A DNA stretch of 64,000 nucleotides from a bacterium. GTDB lineage: Bacteria > Bacteroidota > Ignavibacteria > Kapaibacteriales > UBA7675. Position 1 is the first letter of the stretch. Every line of letters begins with the position of its first letter. The translations under genes and the position numbers were made by a program. The stretch spans positions 8,121 to 72,120 of the forward strand of contig JAUIKM010000017.1 of assembly GCA_030430495.1 (NCBI GenBank), written 5' to 3'. The notes under the pieces are model-generated. The model worked only from the letters and a program-made list of their open reading frames with translations, was not told the DNA's origin and made no database searches. Shown one piece after another: positions 48,961-57,792 of this stretch.

Positions 48961-50576
48961 ACAACAAAGCACATATCCTGCTTTTTCTGAGCGCCCTGGC
49001 CTGTTGTACCGGCCTGATGCACACACAATGTCTGGCCGCGGGCGACAGCACGCAGGCCAAGCCGGGTGAAAAACCGGCGGCTTCGCCACGCCCGGTGGAG
49101 TCCTATGACTCCGTCAGAGAGTTGCAGGCCGACCTGGAGAATCTGCTGTCGGACGAACGCTTCAGCAGCGCGTCGATCGGAGCGGGCGTATATTCGCCCA
49201 CGCGCGGCGCATGGCTGTTTGAGCACCGCCGCAACAAAGCGATGCTGCCCGCCTCCTGCGTCAAACTCTTTACCACCGCGGCCGCGCTGGAGCAGCTCGG
49301 TCCGGACTTTGTCTACAGCACCTCGCTCTACCTGGACGGCGTAATCAAAAGCAACGGCGAATTTGTCGGTAACGTCATCATTCGCGGTGCGGGCGACCCG
49401 ACCATGAGCGCCGCTTTCGGCGACGTGCCCGAGGCCATTCTGGACGAGTGGGTCGACCAGTTTGAGCTGCACGGCATCTCGTCCATCCGCGGCAACCTCG
49501 TCGGCGACGACTCCTATTTTGACCACATGGCGCTCGGGCCGGGCTGGGCCTGGGACGATGCCGGATACGCCTATTCGGCGGAAGTGTCGGCGCTCTCGTT
49601 TTTCGACAACAAGGTGATTGTCGTCGTCGAACCCGGCGACTCGGTCGACGCGCCGGTGCACGTGGAAATGCGACCGCGCAACGAATATGTGGATCTGCGC
49701 GTGCACGCCCTGACCGGAGCGGCGGATTCAAGTTCTTCGATCCAGGTACAGCGCGACGCCAACGCAAATGTTGTCCACATTCACGGACGCCTGCCCTACG
49801 ACTCGGTGGCACATCGCAGTTTTGAAACGCACGAAATCGCCGTCATCAATCCAACGCGCTACACACTGCACCTGTTTGTGCGGGCTCTGGAGGAGCGCGG
49901 TATCCGCTTCCGCGGCCGCAGTTTCGACTCCGAATCCTGGGGCGACTTCATCGACTACACGGATATCCGCCCGGTTTACCAGCACAGTTCACCGGCGCTC
50001 GGCAGTATCGTGGGCGTGATCAACCGCCACAGCCACAATCTGGCCGCCGAGATGCTGTTCAAGACGCTGGCCAAGGAAAGCACGGGCGTGGGAAGTTTTG
50101 AAGCCGGTGCGGAAGTTCTGCGCAGCTTCGGCGCGCGCCATGAGGTAGCGCCCGAAAGTGTGTTTATCGTCGACGGCTCGGGTCTCTCGCGGCTCAACTC
50201 CGTCGCGCCACAGCACATCATTTCCGTTCTGTCCGACATGTACAACTCGCCGCATCGCGACGTTTTTGTGGCTTCGCTGGCGACGCCGGGGACGGACGGC
50301 ACAATGGAAAACCGGATGAAAGGCAGCAGTGCGGAGACACGCGTGTTTGCCAAGACCGGCACGATGAACAATACGAGCGCTCTGGCGGGTTACGTCTACA
50401 GCGGCGACGGCGAGGCGCTGGCCTTTGCGGTCATCGTCAATCACGCCACCGCACCCACCTCGTTGGCGCGCAACCTGCAGGATCTGTTCGCGATGCGTCT
50501 GGCGGCCTTCCGCCGTTCGCCGAGCGCCGAGCAATCCGCCCCCGATGGGCCGGTGCAGCACAAAAGCATGAATTGA
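48957..50576 (+). CDS. dacB: D-alanyl-D-alanine carboxypeptidase/endopeptidase (PBP4, peptidase S13)
   Basis: Signal peptide. SxxK active site …PASCVKLFTTAAAL…, …SGLS… and …KTGT… motifs. ATGA start/stop overlap with the upstream gene. Confidence 0.85.
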   Translation: MNNKAHILLFLSALACCTGLMHTQCLAAGDSTQAKPGEKPAASPRPVESYDSVRELQADLENLLSDERFSSASIGAGVYSPTRGAWLFEHRRNKAMLPASCVKLFTTAAALEQLGPDFVYSTSLYLDGVIKSNGEFVGNVIIRGAGDPTMSAAFGDVPEAILDEWVDQFELHGISSIRGNLVGDDSYFDHMALGPGWAWDDAGYAYSAEVSALSFFDNKVIVVVEPGDSVDAPVHVEMRPRNEYVDLRVHALTGAADSSSSIQVQRDANANVVHIHGRLPYDSVAHRSFETHEIAVINPTRYTLHLFVRALEERGIRFRGRSFDSESWGDFIDYTDIRPVYQHSSPALGSIVGVINRHSHNLAAEMLFKTLAKESTGVGSFEAGAEVLRSFGARHEVAPESVFIVDGSGLSRLNSVAPQHIISVLSDMYNSPHRDVFVASLATPGTDGTMENRMKGSSAETRVFAKTGTMNNTSALAGYVYSGDGEALAFAVIVNHATAPTSLARNLQDLFAMRLAAFRRSPSAEQSAPDGPVQHKSMN

Positions 50577-50816
50577 AGGGCCGGCGACGGATAATTGCCC
50601 TGCCGCGGCGGCCCGGTCTTTGACGCCTTTGTTGTAAATTGGCGACGGGAATTTCTCCGCGGCGCATACACTTGCGCCGTTTTTGTTGAAAATCAGCGGC
50701 GACGGCAATTCAACCGATCCGCCCTGCAACGTGTAAACAGGTATCGACATCGTTCGATCGGCGACCGTCTCCCGGCCCGCCTCCTGTTTGTTTCCAACAG
50801 CCTTGCGATTTTTCAT

Positions 50817-52034
50817 ATGAATACTTCTTCCCCAGCGCCCGAATCAACTCCCGAACAACCGCGCAAAATCAGCGACGCCATGTACTACATCCTGTTGATG
50901 CGGCGTCACTGGCTGTTCCTGTTACTGGGAACGCTGATTCCCACGGCGGCCATGGGTTACTACATGTACAACTACCAGCCGAACTGGTATGCCGCGACGG
51001 TGACCTTTGTACCGCCCCAGATGAAAAGCACGGGACTGGGCGGCATGCTGGGCGGCATCACTTCCGCGCTGCAGGACTTTGGCCTGAGCAAGGTCGGCGG
51101 AGGCGGCGGCGCCGGCTACACACATGGAGTTATCCTGCGCAGCCGCATGCTCAAGGATTCGCTGATTGAGTACTACAACCTGGATTCGGCCTACGAACTG
51201 CAGGACGCCACACCCGGCGACGTGCGCAAGGCGCTCGACAACAACTTCGACGTGACATTTGAAAAACTCGGCAACTACGCTCTGACCATCTACGACAAGG
51301 ATCCGGAGACGGCGGCGCGCATGGCCAACCACGCCGTCAAGATCGGGGACAACCTTGCGTCGGAGTTATTCCGCACCGAGGCGAGCGTGCAGCGCGGGCA
51401 GATGGAAAAACAGATGCGCCAGAACCAGCTTAACCTCCAGATTGCCATGGACTCCATCAGGTGGTACGCCAACAAATACCAGTTGATTGAACCGGAGGTA
51501 CAGGCAGCGGCCGCCATCGAAGGACTGGCCCAACTGCGCACGGAGCAATTCAGGCAGCAGACCGCGCTTGAACTCATGCGCCAGTACCTGGGCGATAACG
51601 ATCCCGCCGTGCGCACGCAGGAAGTGCTTGTTGAAAACCTTCGAAACCAGGTCGCCAATGCACAGTCCGAGCCCGGTTTTGTTGGCAACTTCAGCCTGGA
51701 CAAGGGTGCGGACGTGATGCTGCGGTACCTGACGCACCGCGCCGACGCCGAAGCGTACGGCCGGATGAAAGCCATTATGATTCCGATGTACGAGCAGACT
51801 ATTCTGGACGAGCAGCGCAATATGCCCTCAATGTACATCCTGGACGAAGCCCTGCCGCCCGATCGCCCCGCCCGTCCGATGCGCAGTTTGTTTGTCGCCG
51901 GCACGGCTCTGATGATGCTGACCATCCTGGGAATTTTTGTGGCCATTCTGGAAAAATATCGCGCGCTTAAACGCGATTATCCCGACTACTTCGGCGACAA
52001 AAAGAAGAGCCTGCCCCGGAGCACGGACTCATAA
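50817..52034 (+). CDS. Second polysaccharide co-polymerase (Wzz-like chain-length determinant), orphan
   Basis: N-terminal TM (WLFLLLGTLIPTAAMGYYMY) followed by …YAATVTFVPP…. Coiled-coil periplasmic region, C-terminal TM (LFVAGTALMMLTILGIFVAIL). Confidence 0.65.
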   Translation: MNTSSPAPESTPEQPRKISDAMYYILLMRRHWLFLLLGTLIPTAAMGYYMYNYQPNWYAATVTFVPPQMKSTGLGGMLGGITSALQDFGLSKVGGGGGAGYTHGVILRSRMLKDSLIEYYNLDSAYELQDATPGDVRKALDNNFDVTFEKLGNYALTIYDKDPETAARMANHAVKIGDNLASELFRTEASVQRGQMEKQMRQNQLNLQIAMDSIRWYANKYQLIEPEVQAAAAIEGLAQLRTEQFRQQTALELMRQYLGDNDPAVRTQEVLVENLRNQVANAQSEPGFVGNFSLDKGADVMLRYLTHRADAEAYGRMKAIMIPMYEQTILDEQRNMPSMYILDEALPPDRPARPMRSLFVAGTALMMLTILGIFVAILEKYRALKRDYPDYFGDKKKSLPRSTDS

Positions 52035-52117
52035 GATCTGTTTAAGTCGGCTTTCAACATCTGTCTGCGGCGGGGAGCCGTCCCGATGGCCGCACAGCAT
52101 AGCACTACCAATCCACT

Positions 52118-52181
52118 CTGAGCGCTTCGCCTCCGCTTCCTCAAGCGGGCGGCTTGCTTTTTGCTTTTGTTTGTCGGCGCG
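52118..52181 (+). repeat. Dispersed intergenic repeat, full-length copy (terminator-like: GC-rich imperfect hairpin plus a T-rich tail) 84 bp after the PCP gene
   Basis: CTGAGCGCTTCGCCTCCGCTTCCTCAAGCGGGCGGCTTGCTTTTTGCTTTTGTTTGTCGGCGCG; ~92% identical to the reverse complement of 8655-8718. Confidence 0.75.
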
Positions 52182-52727
52182 TATCCGGCGCGAAGTAGTT
52201 CAGTCGGCGGAAGACGTCAAGTCGACCGGACTCGAACATCAAGGATCGGAACAAGAGCTGCAAACGCACAGCGCGGCGACGCGGTTTCTGGCTCTGCGTT
52301 CCACGGCGGTTTGTGGGCCTGGCCTTCAACAACTCATCGGCAGGTGTTAAACTCTCCGGCTTTTGTCTGCGCGACGAACAAGAGAGTCAGGAACCGGAGA
52401 CCGCAGCGCAAGCAAGGGCTCTGGGGGCATTTTCAAGCGGCATCTTTTGCTCCTCCTGATGGTCAGCAAAACCGGAATCAATCTATGAAAACAGGCGGCG
52501 GCTCAATCGCTCGTCGGCCTTGATTTGTTGTACCTGCGCAACATGCGGCCAAACAGCAATCATATCAAGCGGAAAAACGCGAACGGCATGTTTTCACCGA
52601 CAAGCGTGGCGTATTTTCGAGTTAAACGGGACGCAACAGCAGGCGAACATCAGAACCATTTAAACCACAAACGCGACGCCTCCCCGTTCGGAAGCGTCGC
52701 GCATTGGTTAAATGTTAACAGCCGGTA

Positions 52728-53672
52728 TTACGACGCGCCGCCCGACGTGCCGGCGCTCTGGGCGTCGATCTCGTCGATCAGGCCGCTGAAGTCGTCGTCG
52801 CTCAGTTCGTAGCGCTCGCCGCAGTAGTTGCAGACCAGCTCGCGCTGTTTTTTGCGCCACATGTCTTCAATTTCCGCGCGGCCCAAAGTCATAAGACCGT
52901 TCTTGAATCGTTCGATCGAACAGCGACAGTAAAAATCGATCGGCGTATTGGCCACGATTTTCACGTTTTCGCCGGCGATCATCTGAATCACCTCGTCGGG
53001 ACGGTAGTCCGTCATCCAGGACGAATTGCGGCGGCGCAGCTCGGTGATGTTCGCCACGATCGTATCGATCTGCTCGGGGTCCGCGTCCGGCATGGCCTGC
53101 ACCAGAATGCCGCCGGCCTGTCTGATATTGCCCTCGTCGTCGATGCGCTCATCCAGCACGACGCTCGAACGGATCTGCTCCGACTGCAAGAGGTACTGTT
53201 CCAGATCGGCGCTGATGTCGCCTTTGGCCAGATCCGTGATACCGGTAACCGGCTCGCCGCGGTCGTAGAGAATTTTGCTGACCTGCATAAGGCCGAGGCC
53301 CAGACCGTCGCCCAACTGAGCGTTTTCGGCTTTCATGTCGATGGTCGCGGCGGAATTGCCCACAAAACCGCGGATTTCACCGACCTGCATCGCCTCGGCA
53401 TAGACCAGGCCCAGGGGGCCGCTGCCTTTGATTTCTATGATGATGCGCTCTTCGCCTTTGAGAAAAGACGCGAGCAGCGCCGCACCGGACATGGCCCGAC
53501 CGAGAATCACGGCCGCCAGGGGGGCAAGGCCGTGGCGCTGCTGGGCGTGCGACGCCAGACTGCTGGAACGCACGACGCCGATGCGAAAATGTCCGTCTTC
53601 GGTCAGCCCGCGCGCCACGCGGTCGCGGTGCTGGTACATCTTTTTCAGTTTTCTGAGTTTGGGCTCCGCCAT
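52728..53672 (-). CDS. hslO: Hsp33 redox-regulated chaperone
   Basis: Full-length Hsp33-like protein with C-terminal zinc centre …FYCRCS…CNYCGERY. Confidence 0.88.
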   Translation of the reverse strand: MAEPKLRKLKKMYQHRDRVARGLTEDGHFRIGVVRSSSLASHAQQRHGLAPLAAVILGRAMSGAALLASFLKGEERIIIEIKGSGPLGLVYAEAMQVGEIRGFVGNSAATIDMKAENAQLGDGLGLGLMQVSKILYDRGEPVTGITDLAKGDISADLEQYLLQSEQIRSSVVLDERIDDEGNIRQAGGILVQAMPDADPEQIDTIVANITELRRRNSSWMTDYRPDEVIQMIAGENVKIVANTPIDFYCRCSIERFKNGLMTLGRAEIEDMWRKKQRELVCNYCGERYELSDDDFSGLIDEIDAQSAGTSGGAS

Positions 53673-54010
53673 TACTTGATCCCGATCCTTCGATCCCGCA
53701 GGGCCGTCAACGCGGCCGCCGCGCAAAAAAATCCAAAAGCCGTGAAACGATTATTGACCGGAGGCATTGTTTTGCGCGGACAGGGCTGAACCTCGGGCAT
53801 GCGGTGCGCCGATTTTTGGCCTTTCAGATGAGCCGGAAAGACCGTAATTTGCGGATCTTTTGACATGTGTAACCAGAAACGCCGCTCATACGTCTTCCAC
53901 ACCGGACCGCGGTCCAAATGCAGTCGTGCCGAGGTCCGCGGGAGCACATCCAAACTCTCTTTCCACGCGTGAATCCGGCCGCCGGACTCACTCTGCGCAA
54001 ATCGCTCACT

Positions 54011-57000
54011 ATGAAAGATTCTCCCCTGCCGTATCTACGGCGCAGTTTTTTGGCGTGTATTCTCTGTCTGACCTTCGGCGGCCTGCTGCCGCTGAATGCC
54101 CAGCTGATCACACAGCTGGAGGTGCAGTCACTGCCGGATATCACCATCGACGCCACGAACTTTCCACACGTGAGCGCGCGGATTCGCGCCAACTACAACG
54201 GCAGCGCATACGCGCTGTCTACCAATGAAATTCTGATTCAGGAAGATAATCGGACCACGCGGCCGCAAAGCGTCAGCGCGCCCAACGGCGCGGGATTCCA
54301 GACCATTGAATGGCTCTCGACCCTGCGCGGCGTGCAGCGCGATCCTTCGTCGACGAACGAAAATCCGGTCGGCTTCAATCCCGCCACGATCTATGTGATC
54401 GTCGACGGTCAGGTGTCGCGCGAGCAGGCGCTGCAACGCCGCTACGACCCGCCGCTGGTGCGTTTTCTGGCGCTGGAACCCGAACTGACGGACGTATTGC
54501 CCGATGTACACTTCGGGACGGTAGCGCCGGGACAGGATTCGGTTGTGTCCGTGTACGTTCAGTTGCAGTCCGCCGAGCGCGTCAACGATCGCGAACTGCC
54601 GATTACCGTGGACTCCGTCTCGATTTCCGGCGACCAGTTCAGCTGGAAATGGATGGGCGCGGCGATCGACCGCAACGATCAGTTTCCGATCACTATCGTT
54701 TCGCCCTTCCGCTATCGCATCGAAGTGACTTTCAGCCCGACGAGCAGCAACTACGTCTACGACACGCTGACGGTCTACTACGACGGCGGCGCGACGCGCA
54801 GCGCCTACCTGATCGGCAACCTGTTTGAGGTGCCGGACGTCTCGCCGCTGCAGATGATTTCACCGGAAGGCGGAGCAATTTTTGCGCCCTGCGAAGACAT
54901 CGAAATCGAGTGGGAAGGCGCTACGCCCAACCTGCCCGTCACGGTGGAGTTTTCGCCGGACGCCGGACGCAACTGGCAGAAAATCGGCGAGACCGTGGAA
55001 AGTTCGCTTTCGTGGCGCATGCCGGCGGAGGGCAGCGAGCAGGTGCGTTTCCGCGTGACGCAGCCGCTTCAGGCTTCCGAGACAAAAACGCTGCAGGAAC
55101 AGGGAGAGCCGATCGGCAACATCGGCTTCAGCAATGACAGCAAAGCGCTGCTTTCGGCCGACCAGTCCGGAGTGATCCGCACCTGGGACGTGGCGAGCGC
55201 CGCAGCGGGCTTTGTCTACGCGCTGCCCGGCGCGCGGCCGAACACCCAGCCCTACGAAGCGCTGGCGGTGAACTACATCTCCGACACGCAGTTTGCGGCG
55301 GTTTTCAAGAATATTATCGCCCTGCGCGACTCGATGTACATTTTTACCGTGGGCCAGGCCGATCCCGTCGCGCAGTTTGGTCTGCCGTCGACATTCCCGG
55401 TCAGTTCGGTCGACATCGACGTTCAGGGCCGTTTTGTGGCTTTTGGTTCGGACCGTTCCGCCGAGATGGTGGTGGTGAACCTGCCGGATCTCAGCCAGCG
55501 GATTGTGCGCTTCGACGCGCCGGTTACGGGCATAACACTCAGTGGCAAACAGGAAAAGGCTGTTGTATCGGGATTGGATGGTCAGCTGCATCTGTTTGAC
55601 CTGCCTGGATTTACGCGGACGGGCACGATAGACCTGGCGCATTTCCAGACGATCAATCAGCTTGAACTTTCGGCAGACGGGCGTTTTATCGCGGTTGCCA
55701 CGAAGGCTCCGCGCGTGACACAACAGGGCGGCGGCAGAGCGGCGGTGCACATTATTGACGTGGCCTCGGGGCAGACGATCCGTTCGTTCCGGCGCAGCAG
55801 CACGGATGCCGTCGGATTTACCTTTTCGTCCACAGCGCGCTTCCTGGCGATCGGTTTTGAGGGCGCGCCGCAAACGCGCATCTACAACCTGCCGAGCGAC
55901 CGCGACGAGGGCAGCATCATCAGCCACCCCGGCGCTTTGACGGATATCGAGTTTGCGTCGGACGGATTTTCGATCGCCTCGTCGGCGCTGACCACGATCC
56001 AGAACCTCAAACTGCGCACGTTTGCCTTCCCGGAACGCGACTCCAACGATACGTTTATCCGCATTGTGCCGCCGACCGTACGCCTGGCGACCCCGGTTCT
56101 GCCGGATGCGCTGATAGGTGCAAGCGAACCGGTGACGATCAGCACGGCCATCTGCAACGACGGCGAGACGGCGCTGGATCTGGACAATCTTTTCCTGGCC
56201 ACCGGCCTGATGTTCCGACTGGTGAACGATTTTGTGCGCGACACGCTGGAACCCGGCGAGTGCCGCGACGTTGAGTTGATCTTTAATCCCAGCGATACGG
56301 GTTCCATCCGCGACCTGCTGGTCTTCCAGTCCTGCGAGCGCGAGTTCGTGATTCCGCTGGAGGCGCGTTCGCAAAACCGCAACATCGCTCTGCTGGCGGC
56401 GGACTACGACTTCGGCGAGCTGTGCGTGGGCGAAGAGCGCACGGTGGAAATCGATCTGATCCGCAATGACGACAACCGTCCGCTGTTGGTCAACTCGATT
56501 TTTATCGAGGACATCGCGACTTCGCCCTTTGTCTTTGCCGAGGTGATCAGCGACACGCTGTTGCAGCCGGGCGAGACGCTGCGCGCCCGCATTCGTTTTT
56601 CGCCGCTCGATCTTGGCTTTGAAGATCGGATCGTGACGGTGGAGCACTCGGACCAGCGCCAGGTCTTTGCCGAGTTTGACTTCCGCGGCGTCGGCGTGGG
56701 CGCGGAACTCGACTACTCGCACGAAACTTTGACGTTTATTCCGGAAATACGGACGCGCACGGTGCGCATCACGAACAATTCGGCCAACCCGGTGCAGATC
56801 AACGACGTGCAGTCGGCCGATCCCGGCGTGTACAGAGTGACGTCGTCCTTCCCGGCGACTATCGGTCCGGGCGAAAGCGCGGAAGTCAAGGTGGAGTATC
56901 TGGGACCGGATGCGCCTATCGCCAACAGCGAGCTGCGCATCAGCTCGGAACCCTGCTCGGGCACGCGTTCCGTCGTGCTCGGCGCATACCGCGCCACGAG

Positions 57001-57685
57001 CATGGTCGAAATTCCGACGGTAGAGGCGGATCCGACCGAACCCACGACCATCCCGATCACATTCAACAACAGCGAAAATGTGGCCTACGACGGCCCGCGC
57101 AGCTTCGAAGCACAGATCCGCCTCAACCAGCGTCTCTTCCTGCCGCAATCGGTGGAAAGTGAATTCGGCGAAGCTGAAATCTGGCGCAACGAGGTCGAGG
57201 GCGACTGGCGCATCATCGGCATCCGCGTGACGGGCAATTTTGGCGCGGAAGGCGTAGTGGTCAACATCCACGGCCTGCCGGGTCTGGCGGAAACGCTGAC
57301 GACGCCGATTGAATTTGTCGAGGAATCGCTCTACTGGAGCAGCGCGGTAACGACGCTTGGCAGCGCCGGCGAGCTGATTATCACGCCCGAAGATCCTTCG
57401 CGCAGGCTGATCAAACGCACGGCTCTGATGACGGTCACGGGCGTATACCCGAATCCCGCTTCCGGCGCTACGACGGTGGAAGTCAAGAGCAGCGAAGCCG
57501 CAGCCGTACAGTTGGTCATTGTCGACATGCTCGGCAACCGCGTGGCCGAACTGCCGCCGATCGACGTGCCCGAGGGCAGCTCCCGTCACCTCATCGACGT
57601 CAATGCCGTTCCCGTGGGCGCTTATCGCATTGTCTTGCAGGCAGCCTCCGACATCGCGTCTTCACCGCTACTCATTTCGCGCTGA
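54011..57685 (+). CDS. Large secreted T9SS cargo protein with WD40/beta-propeller-like and Ig-like/ASH-type beta-sandwich repeats
   Basis: Signal peptide (…FLACILCLTFGGLLPLNAQ). WD-like segment (…SADQSGVIRTWDV…, …LDGQLHLFDL…). Repeated beta-sandwich units. C-terminal T9SS sorting domain …TGVYPNPASGATTVEVKS…IVDMLGNRV…GAYRIVLQA…. Confidence 0.8.
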   Translation: MKDSPLPYLRRSFLACILCLTFGGLLPLNAQLITQLEVQSLPDITIDATNFPHVSARIRANYNGSAYALSTNEILIQEDNRTTRPQSVSAPNGAGFQTIEWLSTLRGVQRDPSSTNENPVGFNPATIYVIVDGQVSREQALQRRYDPPLVRFLALEPELTDVLPDVHFGTVAPGQDSVVSVYVQLQSAERVNDRELPITVDSVSISGDQFSWKWMGAAIDRNDQFPITIVSPFRYRIEVTFSPTSSNYVYDTLTVYYDGGATRSAYLIGNLFEVPDVSPLQMISPEGGAIFAPCEDIEIEWEGATPNLPVTVEFSPDAGRNWQKIGETVESSLSWRMPAEGSEQVRFRVTQPLQASETKTLQEQGEPIGNIGFSNDSKALLSADQSGVIRTWDVASAAAGFVYALPGARPNTQPYEALAVNYISDTQFAAVFKNIIALRDSMYIFTVGQADPVAQFGLPSTFPVSSVDIDVQGRFVAFGSDRSAEMVVVNLPDLSQRIVRFDAPVTGITLSGKQEKAVVSGLDGQLHLFDLPGFTRTGTIDLAHFQTINQLELSADGRFIAVATKAPRVTQQGGGRAAVHIIDVASGQTIRSFRRSSTDAVGFTFSSTARFLAIGFEGAPQTRIYNLPSDRDEGSIISHPGALTDIEFASDGFSIASSALTTIQNLKLRTFAFPERDSNDTFIRIVPPTVRLATPVLPDALIGASEPVTISTAICNDGETALDLDNLFLATGLMFRLVNDFVRDTLEPGECRDVELIFNPSDTGSIRDLLVFQSCEREFVIPLEARSQNRNIALLAADYDFGELCVGEERTVEIDLIRNDDNRPLLVNSIFIEDIATSPFVFAEVISDTLLQPGETLRARIRFSPLDLGFEDRIVTVEHSDQRQVFAEFDFRGVGVGAELDYSHETLTFIPEIRTRTVRITNNSANPVQINDVQSADPGVYRVTSSFPATIGPGESAEVKVEYLGPDAPIANSELRISSEPCSGTRSVVLGAYRATSMVEIPTVEADPTEPTTIPITFNNSENVAYDGPRSFEAQIRLNQRLFLPQSVESEFGEAEIWRNEVEGDWRIIGIRVTGNFGAEGVVVNIHGLPGLAETLTTPIEFVEESLYWSSAVTTLGSAGELIITPEDPSRRLIKRTALMTVTGVYPNPASGATTVEVKSSEAAAVQLVIVDMLGNRVAELPPIDVPEGSSRHLIDVNAVPVGAYRIVLQAASDIASSPLLISR

Positions 57686-57754
57686 CGGGTCGATAAAATT
57701 CGGTTTGTTCCGATCGGCAGCGCCTGCAAAGGGCGGTCCGGGCAAAGAACAATG

Positions 57755-57788
57755 AACGCGGCGGCGTTTCCGTCGCGTTTCTCTTTTG
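57755..57788 (+). terminator. Possible intrinsic terminator after the T9SS cargo gene
   Basis: AACGCGGCG-GCGTTTC-CGTCGCGTT (9-bp stem, one mismatch) followed by TCTCTTTTG. Confidence 0.35.
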
Positions 57789-57792
57789 AAGC

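Noticed and set aside
52190-52275. Possible tRNA gene (GTAGTTCAGTCGG D-arm plus TTCGAGT T-loop-like heptamer)
   Set aside because: I could not build a complementary acceptor stem, D-stem, anticodon stem or T-stem. Kept only as a tRNA-like fragment in the findings.
52161-52523. 120-aa ORF in the long intergenic region
   Set aside because: Starts inside the dispersed repeat. Low-complexity Gly/Arg/Ser composition; no homology recognisable.
54860-57589. 909-aa ORF on the − strand
   Set aside because: Antisense to the second T9SS cargo gene, which has a signal peptide and a T9SS CTD in the + frame.
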